DNA of 64,000 nucleotides from an uncultured delta proteobacterium (GCA_963789265.1 CAWBKB010000005.1:128001-192000), one strand, 5' to 3'; positions 30,958 to 42,310 are shown, numbered from the stretch's first letter. The notes: generated from the sequence alone by a model not told the origin. A program made the numbers and translations.

Positions 30958-32025
30958 ATGCCGTTGCCAAGTGCCGATTCGAGTGCAATCAAAGTAGTTG
31001 AGAGCCCTCAATACGTGAGGCTCTCCCTTGCTGCGGCAATGACCCTGGGGTTTGCACCCGGCTGGTTCTACAGAAATGCGAAGCTTGGCTGCATCAACCT
31101 ACTGACGACGTATGGAGGAGGATGCAAGGCCAACTGCGCTTTCTGCGGTCTCGCCGGTGAGAACAAAGCGATTCCCGCCAAAAGCCGTTTCATCCGCGTT
31201 CCTTGGAAGACCTGGCCCACCCAAGACGTAATTGACGCGTGCAAACATGCACCGGCTTACGTGGGTAGAGTCTGCATATCTATGATCACCCATCCTCGCT
31301 GCAGAAACGATGTCCTGACCATTTGTCGCCGGATTTCAAATGAAACTGGAAAATTAGTGTCGATTCTGATCTCGCCCACACTAGTGGATCGCGATGACCT
31401 CAAAGCAATGAAAGATGCCGGCGCGGACCGGATCGGCGTGGCGGTGGACGCGGCCACGCCGTATCTCTTTAACCAACTTCGCGGCAAGCCGGTCGGCGGC
31501 CCGCATCGCTGGGAGAGGTATTGGGCGACTTACGAACAGAGCCTTGAAATTTTCGGTAAAGGCATGGCCGGAGTCCATCTGATCTGCGGTCTCGGGGAGA
31601 CTGAACAGGAGTTGGTGGGTGCCATGTCCAGGGCGAAGGCCATGGGCGGCTTCACTCACCTGTTCTCTTTCTTTCCCGAGCGAGGTTCGGTTATGGAGAA
31701 CCACCCTATTCCGCCGATCGGAACGTATCGCCGAATTCAATTAGCCCGCTGGTTGATCGACAACGGGCTGAATCGCTTTGACCTCATGGAATTCGATCAT
31801 GCGGGAAGGATCGTGGAATTCGCGCTATCCGAGGGCGCATTGATCGAAGTAGTTCGCTCGGGCCTGCCTTTCGAGACCTCCGGATGCCCCGGTCGGGATG
31901 GCAGAGTAGCGTGCAATCGGCCGTACGGCAATGAGAAGCCAGGTCCGACCATAAGAAACTTCCCGTTTCCTCCGGATGAAGAAGACCTAAATAGGATAAC
32001 GGAAGAGTTGAAGGAGCGGCCGTGA
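30958..32025 (+). CDS. lipS2: Radical SAM lipoyl synthase subunit LipS2-like
   Basis: CKANCAFC plus TSGCP...CNRP motif recalled as characteristic of LipS2; AGGAGG RBS before ATG 30958. Confidence 0.82.
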   Translation: MPLPSADSSAIKVVESPQYVRLSLAAAMTLGFAPGWFYRNAKLGCINLLTTYGGGCKANCAFCGLAGENKAIPAKSRFIRVPWKTWPTQDVIDACKHAPAYVGRVCISMITHPRCRNDVLTICRRISNETGKLVSILISPTLVDRDDLKAMKDAGADRIGVAVDAATPYLFNQLRGKPVGGPHRWERYWATYEQSLEIFGKGMAGVHLICGLGETEQELVGAMSRAKAMGGFTHLFSFFPERGSVMENHPIPPIGTYRRIQLARWLIDNGLNRFDLMEFDHAGRIVEFALSEGALIEVVRSGLPFETSGCPGRDGRVACNRPYGNEKPGPTIRNFPFPPDEEDLNRITEELKERP

Positions 32026-32059
32026 GTATTTGATAGATAATCTGTCAAGGCGGTTGCGT

Positions 32060-32083
32060 GGGGAGGGAGAATCCACCCTCCCC
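32060..32083. terminator. GC-rich hairpin between convergent genes
   Basis: GGGGAGGG-N8-CCCTCCCC; no clear U-tract. Confidence 0.45.
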
Positions 32084-32123
32084 GGCAGTTGGGGGAAACT
32101 CAAATTTTGACGCGCTGTGAGGG

Positions 32124-32618
32124 TCAGTGCTCGAAAAGCTTGATGCTGATCCCGTTAGGATCGGTCAAGGACGCATAGGTAACGCCGTCTCTCTTGCCGT
32201 TGGTCTCCATAAAGGTCAGGCCTTTTGTCTTAAGGATTTGAACCGAGGCCGCCAAATCCTTTACTTTGAAGCTCATGCCGGAGACTCCTCCGGACACAGG
32301 GCCGGTTTCGGCAAACTTGTTGTGGCAAATTTCCAGCTTGTACGGCGTTCCTTCCTTTTCCATACAAACCACATCGAGGCCCTTGGAAAGACCTTCACTG
32401 GTACTGAAGCCCAGCTTCTTATAAAAGGTTATGGTCCTTTCGGGGTTTGAAGTGGGAATACCGATGGTAAGGGGGTAATCCTCGACCGCTGGCCGACTGA
32501 AAGCCGAGGACTCAGCCTCGGTGTTGTGAGCGATCAGCAGAGCGAAAACTACGAGAAACATTATCGAGCAAGTAAACCCGAGAAAAAGCCTTCTGGCATG
32601 GCCGGCGGGCAATTTCAT
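32124..32618 (-). CDS. VOC/glyoxalase-family protein with N-terminal signal or membrane segment
   Basis: ITFYKKLGF, KLEI, MSFKVKDL, LTDPNGISIKL. Confidence 0.85.
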   Translation of the reverse strand: MKLPAGHARRLFLGFTCSIMFLVVFALLIAHNTEAESSAFSRPAVEDYPLTIGIPTSNPERTITFYKKLGFSTSEGLSKGLDVVCMEKEGTPYKLEICHNKFAETGPVSGGVSGMSFKVKDLAASVQILKTKGLTFMETNGKRDGVTYASLTDPNGISIKLFEH

Positions 32619-33008
32619 GCTCGTCCAACCTCCTTCACCTCTCAAAAATACAACCAAAACGTTCCTTCCTTGCGAAAGGCACGCTAACTATACACAAATG
32701 TTGGAATAAAAGCAAGGCTCAAGGTGACTTTTCTTGAGGACCTTACAAAAAAAATAACGCAATTCCGCGCGAAGCAGACCTTTTGGGGGTGTTTCTTACC
32801 CTGCCTTCGATGCGAAACAAGTCTTCGTGGCGCAGCAATCGGATCTTTTTAGTTGCCACAATTGAAGCTTATCAGTCAAGCACAAAATAGAGGCCACCTA
32901 CGTAAGGCCGATGAGAAGCCTTGTTTCGCAATATTGACTTTGCGGCACTTGACTCGCCGGCACTCCTTTGACTCCCCTCCCTTTGTCTCCTCATACCATG
33001 TCGTTATG

Positions 33009-33293
33009 TCATTCGGAATCGTCCCCAGACGTGCTTTGAGCCTGACTGTCGGAACCTGAGGTATCCCATTCGCCCGATACTTCCACATCGATTCCTTCTT
33101 GAGCCATTCGAGCCATCTCCCTGACGTTGATCGTCTGGGTGTCAGCGGCCGAGGGCGCGCATGAATTGCCGCAGGTCGATCTAATAACGGTTCCGCACCT
33201 CGGACATATTTCCAGACCGGATTTGATTCGCTCCGCAGATACCGATAGTCGGTTTCCACAGGTGCATTGCCATACATATTTTTCTCTATTCAT
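33009..33293 (-). CDS. Small zinc-ribbon hypothetical protein
   Basis: WQCTCG...ICPRCG. Confidence 0.6.
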   Translation of the reverse strand: MNREKYVWQCTCGNRLSVSAERIKSGLEICPRCGTVIRSTCGNSCAPSAADTQTINVREMARMAQEGIDVEVSGEWDTSGSDSQAQSTSGDDSE

Positions 33294-33477
33294 GTTGCAC
33301 CAGCAAAAAGCACCTGCATCAACATATCGGATTTTGTCGGCACAGGCAAAGAGTTATTCTCCCGCATGAGACAGTTTCTCTCGCAATGAGCCGCTGCAAA
33401 AGTTACATTCTTTTGATCTGCGGCCATTACGGCAAGACCTCTATCTGCAAGCTAACATCGGCATAAGTCGAAAGCCC

Positions 33478-34929
33478 TCAGTACCAAGAAGAGAAGGGGG
33501 AGAGTTTCGGCCTTTCCCCTGAGCGTAAATAAGCCAGGGCTGCTTTTACGCCCGCATCATTTCTTAATTGTTCGCCGTCCAAAAGGTCGATTCTTCCTTG
33601 AGTCGAACTATCATCCGAATCGGGGACCCGAATGTCTGGCTCAAGCCCTTTCCCGTCGATGTCGCGACCCACGGCGGTATAGTAGTGCGCAGTCGTCAGG
33701 CGTATGGCCATTCCCCGGCCGAGGGGAAAGACTGCTTGAACGGACGCCTTCCCAAAACTGCGGTCTCCTATCACTGAGACTTTCGGTAAACCCTGAAGTG
33801 CTCCTGCCAGGATCTCGGAAGCACTGGCGGTACCTCTATTTATAAGGATCGCGATAGGAAATTGCGGCATACGGCCACGGCCGTTTGCCTTGAAGTCACG
33901 GTTCAAGTTGCTCTGGCGCCCTTTGACGGAAGTCAAGATTCCGGAGGATTTGAAGAGATTGGCCACCTGAATCGACTCCCCGAAAAGCCCGCCCGGATTG
34001 TCACGAAGGTCAAGAATTAGCCCTGCCAATCCCCTGGGGCCGTGAGCTAACATACGGCCTAAAGCCTTTCGTACTTGTCCCGCAGTCCCTTTCTGAAAGT
34101 TGACGATTCTCAAATAGCCTATCCTGCGCGCAAGGAACAGTTCGCGTACAGGCGGGATCTCGATCATCCGTCGCCGAAGCTCTATCTGTCGAACACTGCC
34201 CGATTTTGTGTCCATCACCTTGACAGACATACTCGAACCTGCCGGGCCTCGGACTCTACGCAGAACTTGCAACAAAGATAAACCGTGAAGCGGTTGGCCG
34301 TCAATTTGCAATATTCTGTCGCCGGCCTTGATGCCCGCTTTGTAAGCAGGTGAGCCCGCAAACGGCGAAACTACAACATAGTCCCCTTCTTTCGAGCTCA
34401 CGACCATACCAACTCCGCCAAACTTGCCTGTAGTCCCGATTTCAAGTTCCTTGAGCATCCCGGCATCCATCATACAGGAATTCGGATCCAGATCCCGTAA
34501 CACCATGTCCAGAACCGTAAAAAGCAGCCGATTGACGTCCAGGTTGCAGCGCGCAGACATCCTATTGATATCGTTTACGAAGCACTCATCGATGTCTCCC
34601 GAGCATTTCCCGATGTCTTCGACACACTGGGGGAGCACGATCAGCACCAATTTGTTCATAATCATCCTGAGAAGGTCATTGGCCGATATCTTCTCAACGT
34701 AGTTTGCTACAATCAAGTGTATGCAATTCCTGAACAGTTCTAACCTGTTTCCCGCGCCGGCGAGCGAGCCGGCACCCCCGGGCCGAGCTATACCGAGATC
34801 CGGCAAGGCTTCATGCCTGGCTATCAGACCTGATTCAGCCGTAGCCGACCGCGGAGACAATGTCCCGGCTTGGACAAGAAGGAACGGCTCACACACGATT
34901 ACTATGATGACAATCAGGTACTTGAGCAA
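33478..34929 (-). CDS. ctpA: S41-family carboxyl-terminal processing protease
   Basis: FGGVG PDZ domain, LDLRDNPGG, TASASEI, SFGKASVQ, LEPDI. Confidence 0.92.
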   Translation of the reverse strand: MLKYLIVIIVIVCEPFLLVQAGTLSPRSATAESGLIARHEALPDLGIARPGGAGSLAGAGNRLELFRNCIHLIVANYVEKISANDLLRMIMNKLVLIVLPQCVEDIGKCSGDIDECFVNDINRMSARCNLDVNRLLFTVLDMVLRDLDPNSCMMDAGMLKELEIGTTGKFGGVGMVVSSKEGDYVVVSPFAGSPAYKAGIKAGDRILQIDGQPLHGLSLLQVLRRVRGPAGSSMSVKVMDTKSGSVRQIELRRRMIEIPPVRELFLARRIGYLRIVNFQKGTAGQVRKALGRMLAHGPRGLAGLILDLRDNPGGLFGESIQVANLFKSSGILTSVKGRQSNLNRDFKANGRGRMPQFPIAILINRGTASASEILAGALQGLPKVSVIGDRSFGKASVQAVFPLGRGMAIRLTTAHYYTAVGRDIDGKGLEPDIRVPDSDDSSTQGRIDLLDGEQLRNDAGVKAALAYLRSGERPKLSPFSSWY

Positions 34930-35194
34930 ATTGATTCCCTGGAGGACATACTTATTACGCCCGTTGCGAGTCTCTCCGCCCGGCGTAGGAGGGTCGTGTT
35001 TTTGGGCCGAGGGTTTGCCCTTGTCTGAAAACGTTAACTTAGACCCGGCATATCCGCACCCTATATTACATCATGACATGCCAAGCGCGCCGTATCAACC
35101 CCACAGCAAAATGAGGGCCTCTTGTCGAATGCCCACCGCTCTACCCGTTTGCCGCGGCGTGGTCTCTATAGCAACACTTAGTAGAATTTCATAA

Positions 35195-35295
35195 TTACGG
35201 TGCCAATTGCACGGTAGCGCCGGCGTCTCTGCCGGCGTTTTGCGAAAACCGGCACGGAGGCCGGTCCTGGATTCCCGCGTGCGCGGGAATGACGG
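35195..35295. repeat. Composite REP/MITE-like palindromic repeat
   Basis: Shares TACGGTG..ATTGCACGGTAG and CCGGCACGGAGGCCGG with 12335-12418; CTGGATTCCCGCGTGCGCGGGAATGAC resembles the copies at 60433 and 62034. Confidence 0.75.
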
Positions 35296-35455
35296 CTAAG
35301 GTACCAGAATACGAGACCGTATTTGCGAAAAGAAGTACTTAGGTCTTGACCTTGGACTGATAAGGCAACAAAATGGAAGGCTGTGATGAAAAGCTATTAC
35401 CCTCCCCCTTGCTGTCGCTGCAAACCTTAGCCACACGGGACGAAAGGCCACTGCG

Positions 35456-38140
35456 ATGCCTAAATTTGCCTCAGAATGCTCCGGAAAATCGAGTCAGCGT
35501 CTGAAAGAAAGTGAGATGAGTTACAAGGTCCTCTTCGAGGCCGCGCCTTTGGGAATTTTAATATATTCAAAGGACGGGCAAGTCCTTGGTGCAAATCGGT
35601 TCCTCCTTGATGTGCTCGGCTCCCCTTCTCTCGAAGATACCAAACGGATCAACCTCTTCACTTTCAAGAACCTCAAAATTTCGGGAATATCGGAGTTCCT
35701 CGCAGGCGCCCTGGAACGGACGGAGCCCGGGCAACTGGAAAGCCTTTATACATCAAAATGGGGAAAGACAGCTTACGTGGAGGTCATTGCGGTTCCTTTA
35801 CTCGAAGACGGCTCCACTTGCGAGAAGGCTATAGCAATAGTGCAGGATGTTACGGCTCAGAAAAGAACTCAAGGTCATTTACTTAAGAGTGAGATAAGAT
35901 TCCGGTTATTGGCCGACAAGATCCCCCTGGGAATAGCGATTGTCGACTACACAGACCACATTGAGTACATGAACCCCATGTTCACGAAGATATTCGGGTA
36001 CCCCTCGAAGGAAACCCAAACTTTGCAGTTCTGTCTGGACAAGGCCATTCCGGATGTCGCGTCACGGAACGCCGTAGCCCGGCTTAGTCGATGTCAGAGA
36101 GATTTTGAAGCAGGGAACGCCGATCAAGACCCGATCGTTATATCGTGCAGTGATGGCTCATCAAAAAACATTCGTTTCAGAGCATTTTTTCTTGATGAGG
36201 AAAAACGGGTCATCATTTGCGAGGACAATTCCGAACTGGTCCACTCATTCGAACAGTGCCGCGCCTCGGAAGAAAAATATGCCGGGCTCCTGGAAAACCT
36301 ATCCGACTTGGTTTACTGCTTGGACGTTCAAGGAACCTTGTTGAGTGTCAACAGGTCCGCTGCACAGCTCTTGGGTTATGAGCCCGGAGAACTCATCGGG
36401 CACAATATTGAAGAGATCATTCCGGAGCCCGTTCGAAAATACATTCCGGACAATTTGCAACGGGTTTTGGAAGAGGGCTTCGCGCAGGGTTTATCGCAGT
36501 ACATGGCAAAGGACGGGTCCATATATTATCTCGAGTACCGCAGCACTCTAATCCAGCCTCGCGATCAGCCCAGCTATGTCGTAGGAGTCGCCCGCGACGT
36601 TACGGATCGTGTACTGACGAAGAAGGCCCTGAAGGAATCTGAGGCCAAGTTCAAACTCCTTATAGATAGCGCTCATGATGGGATCGTCTATGTTGACGCA
36701 AGCGGTACCATACAGTTCTGTAATCCGAGGATGAAAGCGATACTGAGGGATGCCGCGCCGGAAGGCAAAAATTTAAGGGAATATTATGACGAAGAAAATA
36801 GGAGAGTACTAGAAGATAATTTGGCAGCGAGGCCGAAAGGAGATAGCACCACCTACTCAATCGCTCTCTCAGACCTTGAAGGGAATCAGCACAGCTTGGT
36901 GATAAGCGGAACCCCTTATTTCGACAGCAGGGGCAATTACCTGGGAGCAGTCGGAGTGTACACGGATGTAAGTGAGCTTAAGAAGCTTGAAGCTCAACTC
37001 CAGCAGTCCCAAAAGATGGAGGCTATTGGGACGCTCGCCGGAGGAATAGCTCACGATTTCAATAACATACTTAGTGGGGTCCTCGGGTACTCTTCCCTTC
37101 TTAAAAAACATACCCTTCCCGATTCTCAACTAACCCACTACGTTGAAATGATAGAAAAGAGCGCAGAGAGAGGCGCAACGCTTGCAGGCCAGCTCCTTGC
37201 GTTTTCCCGAAAAGGCAAACGTTTTCTTCAGCCTGTCGACGTGCATCAACTGATTGACGACGTGACCGAAATCCTGAAGCGTACTCTTGACCGAAAAATT
37301 GCAGTGCAGTGCCTCAAAAATGCTTATGCAAGCACCGTGGACGGCGATCCCGGGCAGATCCAGCAGGTGCTGATGAACCTGTGCATCAACGCCAAGGATG
37401 CCATGCCTGAAGGCGGACGTTTAATTCTGACAACAAAAACAGTTGAGTTGGGCGAGACTTTTTGCCGAGGTCATGACGGCCTGGATCCAGGACTTTTTCT
37501 TGAGATTAACGTTGAGGACACAGGGGAGGGGATGAGCGAGCAAATCAAGAGCAGGCTTTTCGAGCCATTCTTTACCACCAAGGAAGAGGGCAAGGGCACC
37601 GGATTGGGGCTTGCAATGGTCTACGGGGCCGTCAAGGGACACGGTGGCATCGTCAAAGTTTATTCTGAAGTGGGACGTGGGTCGGTCTTTAAGGTGTTAT
37701 TGCCCTTAAGAGGAGAGTGTTTCCCGATTAGGGCCGATTCCATCGAGAAAAGGACCACTCTGGGAACAGGCACAGTACTTGTCGTGGACGACGAGGACAT
37801 CATCAGGAACCTTCTCGGTGAAATGCTGGAAGAGTTAGGATTTACGGTAATTTCAGCCCGTGACGGAGAAGAAGGCCTCGCAACATATCGTGAACGGTGG
37901 CAAGAGATTGATGTGGTCATTGTAGATATGATTATGCCCAAGCTGAGTGGCAGGGAATTATTTCTGGAAATGAAGAACATTAATCCGTCCGTGCGTGTGA
38001 TACTGTCAACAGGCTTTACAAAGGAGGGCGCAGTTCAGGAGACACTTGACGAGGGGATCACGTGGTTTATTCAGAAGCCTTACCGACTCGAAGAACTGTC
38101 CGAGGCCATGTTTCAGGCACTTTCCAGTAAAGAAGATTAA
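35456..38140 (+). CDS. Multi-PAS hybrid sensor histidine kinase with receiver domain
   Basis: Four PAS-like repeats, [12 protein letters not shown]-box, [24 protein letters not shown]-terminal VLVVDDE receiver. Confidence 0.95.
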   Translation: MPKFASECSGKSSQRLKESEMSYKVLFEAAPLGILIYSKDGQVLGANRFLLDVLGSPSLEDTKRINLFTFKNLKISGISEFLAGALERTEPGQLESLYTSKWGKTAYVEVIAVPLLEDGSTCEKAIAIVQDVTAQKRTQGHLLKSEIRFRLLADKIPLGIAIVDYTDHIEYMNPMFTKIFGYPSKETQTLQFCLDKAIPDVASRNAVARLSRCQRDFEAGNADQDPIVISCSDGSSKNIRFRAFFLDEEKRVIICEDNSELVHSFEQCRASEEKYAGLLENLSDLVYCLDVQGTLLSVNRSAAQLLGYEPGELIGHNIEEIIPEPVRKYIPDNLQRVLEEGFAQGLSQYMAKDGSIYYLEYRSTLIQPRDQPSYVVGVARDVTDRVLTKKALKESEAKFKLLIDSAHDGIVYVDASGTIQFCNPRMKAILRDAAPEGKNLREYYDEENRRVLEDNLAARPKGDSTTYSIALSDLEGNQHSLVISGTPYFDSRGNYLGAVGVYTDVSELKKLEAQLQQSQKMEAIGTLAGGIAHDFNNILSGVLGYSSLLKKHTLPDSQLTHYVEMIEKSAERGATLAGQLLAFSRKGKRFLQPVDVHQLIDDVTEILKRTLDRKIAVQCLKNAYASTVDGDPGQIQQVLMNLCINAKDAMPEGGRLILTTKTVELGETFCRGHDGLDPGLFLEINVEDTGEGMSEQIKSRLFEPFFTTKEEGKGTGLGLAMVYGAVKGHGGIVKVYSEVGRGSVFKVLLPLRGECFPIRADSIEKRTTLGTGTVLVVDDEDIIRNLLGEMLEELGFTVISARDGEEGLATYRERWQEIDVVIVDMIMPKLSGRELFLEMKNINPSVRVILSTGFTKEGAVQETLDEGITWFIQKPYRLEELSEAMFQALSSKED

Positions 38141-38295
38141 TTTCTTCGGCGAACAACGAACCGGCACTGACCTGGCACCATGACGGTGCCTAGGGCAGTG
38201 GCACCCAACATCCATCCATCATGAGGCCCTGGGTGCCACGGATCTGGGCTTTGGCAGATCCGTGCTGTATTTACCATTTGACAACCAAACCAGTA

Positions 38296-39723
38296 TCACT
38301 TGCGCGAAAGCGAACCGTTATAAGACATTGGATCAGCGCCTTTTTCAATGCGAGCTACCAGAATGCGACGTGTTTGGCTGACGATCGGAGCCGCGTCACC
38401 CCTGCGGACGCCCGGAATCCAGAGTATGGTGTCATCTTTCAGGAGCAGGGGCATTCTTGCCCTGAGATGCCTGGGTATTTTCCGGTCTATCAGCACCTTT
38501 TTCAACTTTCGCGTTCCCTGCAGGCCCCACGGTTTGAAGCGGTCGCCCGGATTGGGGTGACGGATGGTAAGCGGAAAAGGGACCTCATCTGCATCGAACG
38601 CGGCCGATGCAATTCCATCAAATTCGCTTGGTCGCGCCGCCTCTCTTTCGAGAACTTGTAACCTCAAGGTGAGCCCGGACTCGGGCACTTGCACGATCCC
38701 GGGCTCCGCGACGACGATAGAAAACAGAGGTGTCAGGACAGCGTCTTCTCTCCTGAAAAGGACGAGTCTGTCGTACTCTCTGGCCGCCACCAGCCTACCG
38801 GCGAGATGTGCTTCGGCAGAGGGTACAGGTGAAAGGAGCAGCTTCCAAACCGTCTCGACATGAGACCGCGACCACCGCGTATCAGGACCCGAGACCCTGT
38901 AAAGAGCAAGAAGAATCACTCTGGAAACCAGCACTCTATGAGCTGAACTCAGACCCGGCACGCTCATTATAACTCTTGTCTCATTGGCCGAAACGCTTCG
39001 CGAGTAGAGCTCCTGCGCCAGGTCATTGAGAAACCCGTTTTCTTCCTTAAGAAGGTCGATGGTGCGTTGCAGAGGCTTGCTGAAATTTGGAAAACGCTCT
39101 TCAATTGTGGGGATGAGGCGGTTTCTTACGAAGTTTCGGTCAGAGGAGATTTCAAGGTTGGTCGAGTCAACCCTGTAGGGAATCCTCGCCTCCGCCAAGA
39201 AACGTAGGATGGCGGCCCGCGACGTCTCTATAAGAGGCCGCACCACTCGCCCGCGAGCCGGCATAATACCGGTGAGACCTTTGAGCGAAGACCCGCGAAA
39301 GATCCTTAGGAAAAAGGTCTCGCCTACGTCGTCCAAGTGATGGGCTGTGGCTATCACCTTAGCCCCGGAAGATGCCCTGATTTCCTCGAAGAATGCATAT
39401 CGGGCATGCCGTCCGGCTTCCTCCACACTTATCCTTCGTTCGGCTGCAATGGCCCGGACATTGATTCTTCTTATCTCAGCCTCCATGCCTAGTCCTAGGC
39501 TCATTTCCTTTACAAATTCGGCATCTGCTGCGGATTCGGGCCGAAGTGCATGATCCAGATGCGCGGGCACTATCCAGAATCCCATATCGGGACGAAGCAT
39601 GTTCAAGATATGCAGCAATGCCGTAGAGTCAGGGCCTCCAGAAACCGCTGCCACTACGCCATCACCGGCCTCGAACATCCCGTGAAGTGTGATTACCCTT
39701 CTTACCGATGGAAGTAGAGTCAA
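38296..39723 (-). CDS. tilS: tRNA(Ile)-lysidine synthetase
   Basis: AVSGGPDS, HLDHALR, ARYAFF, TAHHLDD, RPL, RNRL, C-terminal KLKKVLID; start approximate (TTG 39723). Confidence 0.94.
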   Translation of the reverse strand: MTLLPSVRRVITLHGMFEAGDGVVAAVSGGPDSTALLHILNMLRPDMGFWIVPAHLDHALRPESAADAEFVKEMSLGLGMEAEIRRINVRAIAAERRISVEEAGRHARYAFFEEIRASSGAKVIATAHHLDDVGETFFLRIFRGSSLKGLTGIMPARGRVVRPLIETSRAAILRFLAEARIPYRVDSTNLEISSDRNFVRNRLIPTIEERFPNFSKPLQRTIDLLKEENGFLNDLAQELYSRSVSANETRVIMSVPGLSSAHRVLVSRVILLALYRVSGPDTRWSRSHVETVWKLLLSPVPSAEAHLAGRLVAAREYDRLVLFRREDAVLTPLFSIVVAEPGIVQVPESGLTLRLQVLEREAARPSEFDGIASAAFDADEVPFPLTIRHPNPGDRFKPWGLQGTRKLKKVLIDRKIPRHLRARMPLLLKDDTILWIPGVRRGDAAPIVSQTRRILVARIEKGADPMSYNGSLSRK

Positions 39724-39928
39724 TTCCGATCCGTGTCGCTCAGTTTGCAAGACGTTCCTCAGTACAGTAAATTCGACCCATCGGAGTGCAAGCCTTTTGC
39801 GATGCGTTAGCACAGAAAATCGTCTGACGCAGCTATCTCTTCTTGATCTCCAGAATAAAAGACTCTACCTTGAGAGGCGAGGGGATTCCAGCAAGTCAAC
39901 CATAGCAACTAAAAGGATACTAAGAGAG

Positions 39929-40381
39929 ATGCTCCCTCGAAAGATACTCCTTTGCACCGACTTCTCCGATAACTCCAAGCCTGCCCGAAAGTACGCAGTT
40001 GATTACGCCAAAGCGTTTAACGCCGAATTAATGATCTTCCACGTGATCAACTCGTCTCGAATAGGGTATCCGTCGCTTGAGGAGGGGATTCCTGTGGACA
40101 TACGGTCGGCTTTGTCCGATATCCAGCAATCGGTGGAAAAGGCGCTGGATTTTGTGGCATCTGAATGCCGAAAAGAAGTGGGCCAAGTGCAAACTTCGGT
40201 TCGCATAGGGACCCCCGCCAGGGAAATAGTGCGATTCGCGGAAGAGGAGTCAGTCGATTTGATTGTAACAGGGACCCACGGCTGGACCGGATTCAAACAT
40301 CTGATAATGGGAAGCACCGCGGAAAATGTCGTAAGGACTGCTCGCTGCCCCGTGCTTACCGTAAAGTCGCCTGGGGAATAG
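39929..40381 (+). CDS. Universal stress protein
   Basis: KILLCTDFSD, DLIVTGTHG..G...MGSTAENVVR.ARCPVLTV. Confidence 0.93.
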   Translation: MLPRKILLCTDFSDNSKPARKYAVDYAKAFNAELMIFHVINSSRIGYPSLEEGIPVDIRSALSDIQQSVEKALDFVASECRKEVGQVQTSVRIGTPAREIVRFAEEESVDLIVTGTHGWTGFKHLIMGSTAENVVRTARCPVLTVKSPGE

Positions 40382-40395
40382 ATCAGAGACCGCTG

Positions 40396-41217
40396 CTACT
40401 CTGTGGCTATGGGCGGCAAGCCGAAAATGCGTATGGCATTCATAGCCGTCGTCCGACAGATCTCGTCGAATGAGACCCCTCTCACTTCCGCTATCTTCCG
40501 GGCCGTATACACAATGTACGCAGGCTCATTATTCTTCCCGCGCAGAGGCTCCGGAGCAAGGAAAGGACAATCGGTTTCCAAAAGGAGCTTGTCCGGAGGC
40601 AGGGATGCAACGATGGATCGAAGCGTTTCGTTCTTCTTGTACGTCACTGTACCAGGTATCGAAACATGAAATCCGAGATCCAAGGCGCGCCTAGCGTCGG
40701 CTTCACTCCCGGAAAAACAATGGATTATGCCTCCGGCAGGGAAAGGTCCCGCCTGTTCCAGCATATCGAGCCCTTGCTCGTACGCGTTGCGCAGATGAAT
40801 CACGACCGGTTTTCCCAGATTCTTACCTAGAGATAGCTGATCGGCAAATACGTCGATCTGGCGGTCTCGGGGAGAAAGATTTCGAAAAAAATCCAGTCCG
40901 ATTTCACCGTATCCGACTACGCGCGAGTGGTGCGCCAGTGTCTCCATGCTCAGAAGAGCCTCTTCATCAACATCCTTGGCAGTGTGCGGATGGAAACCAA
41001 CGCAAGCAAAAACAGTTTCAAAACGGTCAGCCAAAGCGACTGCGCTCTTCGCGTCATCAAGATCGATCCCCACTGTGACAACGTAGCCTACGCCCGCGGC
41101 GGATGCTCTTCGCACCACTGCGTCCACATCGGACACAAGCGGCTCCAGTTCCAGATGAGCATGGGAATCCACAAGGAAAGGACGGACCAGTTCTCGTTGC
41201 TTGACATGCTCATCCAT
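40396..41217 (-). CDS. tatD: TatD-family hydrolase
   Basis: VDSHAHL, GFHPH, GEIGLD, VIHLR, IHCFSG, LETDCPFLAP. Confidence 0.94.
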   Translation of the reverse strand: MDEHVKQRELVRPFLVDSHAHLELEPLVSDVDAVVRRASAAGVGYVVTVGIDLDDAKSAVALADRFETVFACVGFHPHTAKDVDEEALLSMETLAHHSRVVGYGEIGLDFFRNLSPRDRQIDVFADQLSLGKNLGKPVVIHLRNAYEQGLDMLEQAGPFPAGGIIHCFSGSEADARRALDLGFHVSIPGTVTYKKNETLRSIVASLPPDKLLLETDCPFLAPEPLRGKNNEPAYIVYTARKIAEVRGVSFDEICRTTAMNAIRIFGLPPIATE

Positions 41218-41308
41218 GGGATCCCTCGAATGATTAGGAGAAATAAAAAGAAGTGCCCCAAGATATACCATCCCGGAGTTCGGCCGCAATATTACGGCAG
41301 GGAAGCGA

Positions 41309-42310
41309 TCACGCGGAGGGGAAAGGAAAGCGTTCCACCATCGGATTGTCCTTGCTGAAGGTTTGGACCACCTCACGCACGTGCTGATACATTGTCACAA
41401 AATCCAGTGAATTTGCTTTGTTGGGATCGAGGGCATCGAAGATGATCTGTCGGAAAAGTTCGACTTCTTCCGATGCTGCCACCTGAGAGCCCCCGCCAGT
41501 CTTCGTTTCTCCTTGCACGATCGAACTCAATGGTTTGTCATTTTGAAGGGAGACAAACAGATCACTGAGAAAACTTTCCGACCCCGCTTCTTGTTGGTCC
41601 GTACTCCCCATCTCGACGATAGTCCTTGCCAGATGCGTGAAACAGAATGTGGTTTCAGACTGCGGCGCCATAACCACGAAAGGCAGCCGTTCTTGCAAAG
41701 CCGAAACCATGAGAGGCTCGTATGGCACATATCCGAGGCAAGTCGAGGCCACCCCCAATATCTTGCCGAGATCGTGCCCCAGTCGATTAGACATCGCTTC
41801 CGCGATCTCCGGTACAGGGACCTTGTTAAGGATCATGAAGATACGTTTTCCGAGTGCAATTCTGTGCAAAGTTGTTATGAATGCGGTGGCTTCGGCGCTT
41901 GCTACATCTTCGGGCGTGACCACTGCCAAAACATGAGCGGGGCCCGCCAGGTCTCCTGCAGGAGTGTCGATAAGAATAAAATGGTATTGGCTCAAGAATG
42001 GAGCCAGAGACAGCAAATGGGACATCTTATCTTTGCCGCTCCATCCAACGGGCTCCCCGAGAGCCACGAGGCTCACATTGTGCCCCCACGAAACAATGAC
42101 TTCTTCGGCTGAACAATATCCCCATACAAGGTCGTTCAAAGTGTGCAGAGGTTGCAATCCGAGGGCTGTACCAACATTCGTGACTGAAGCGTTCATGTCC
42201 AGCAGCAAAACAGTGGCACCTATCTTCCCCAACGTAACAGCGGTGTTCAATGCCAGACAGGTTTTCCCGGGCGATTCTTTTCCACTGGTAAAGGCTAGGA
42301 TTTCACACAT
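41309..42310 (-). CDS. MinD/FlhG-like ATPase with degenerate motifs
   Basis: TSGKESPGKT deviant Walker A, VLLLD, ILIDTPAG, VVTPE, ILNKV, LGYVP. Confidence 0.8.
   Translation of the reverse strand: MCEILAFTSGKESPGKTCLALNTAVTLGKIGATVLLLDMNASVTNVGTALGLQPLHTLNDLVWGYCSAEEVIVSWGHNVSLVALGEPVGWSGKDKMSHLLSLAPFLSQYHFILIDTPAGDLAGPAHVLAVVTPEDVASAEATAFITTLHRIALGKRIFMILNKVPVPEIAEAMSNRLGHDLGKILGVASTCLGYVPYEPLMVSALQERLPFVVMAPQSETTFCFTHLARTIVEMGSTDQQEAGSESFLSDLFVSLQNDKPLSSIVQGETKTGGGSQVAASEEVELFRQIIFDALDPNKANSLDFVTMYQHVREVVQTFSKDNPMVERFPFPSA

Noticed and set aside
34990..35035. Possible c-di-GMP-I riboswitch upstream of ctpA (GGGCAAACC on the minus strand)
   Set aside because: The GNRA-capped stem and downstream GCAAAGC-type elements could not be found
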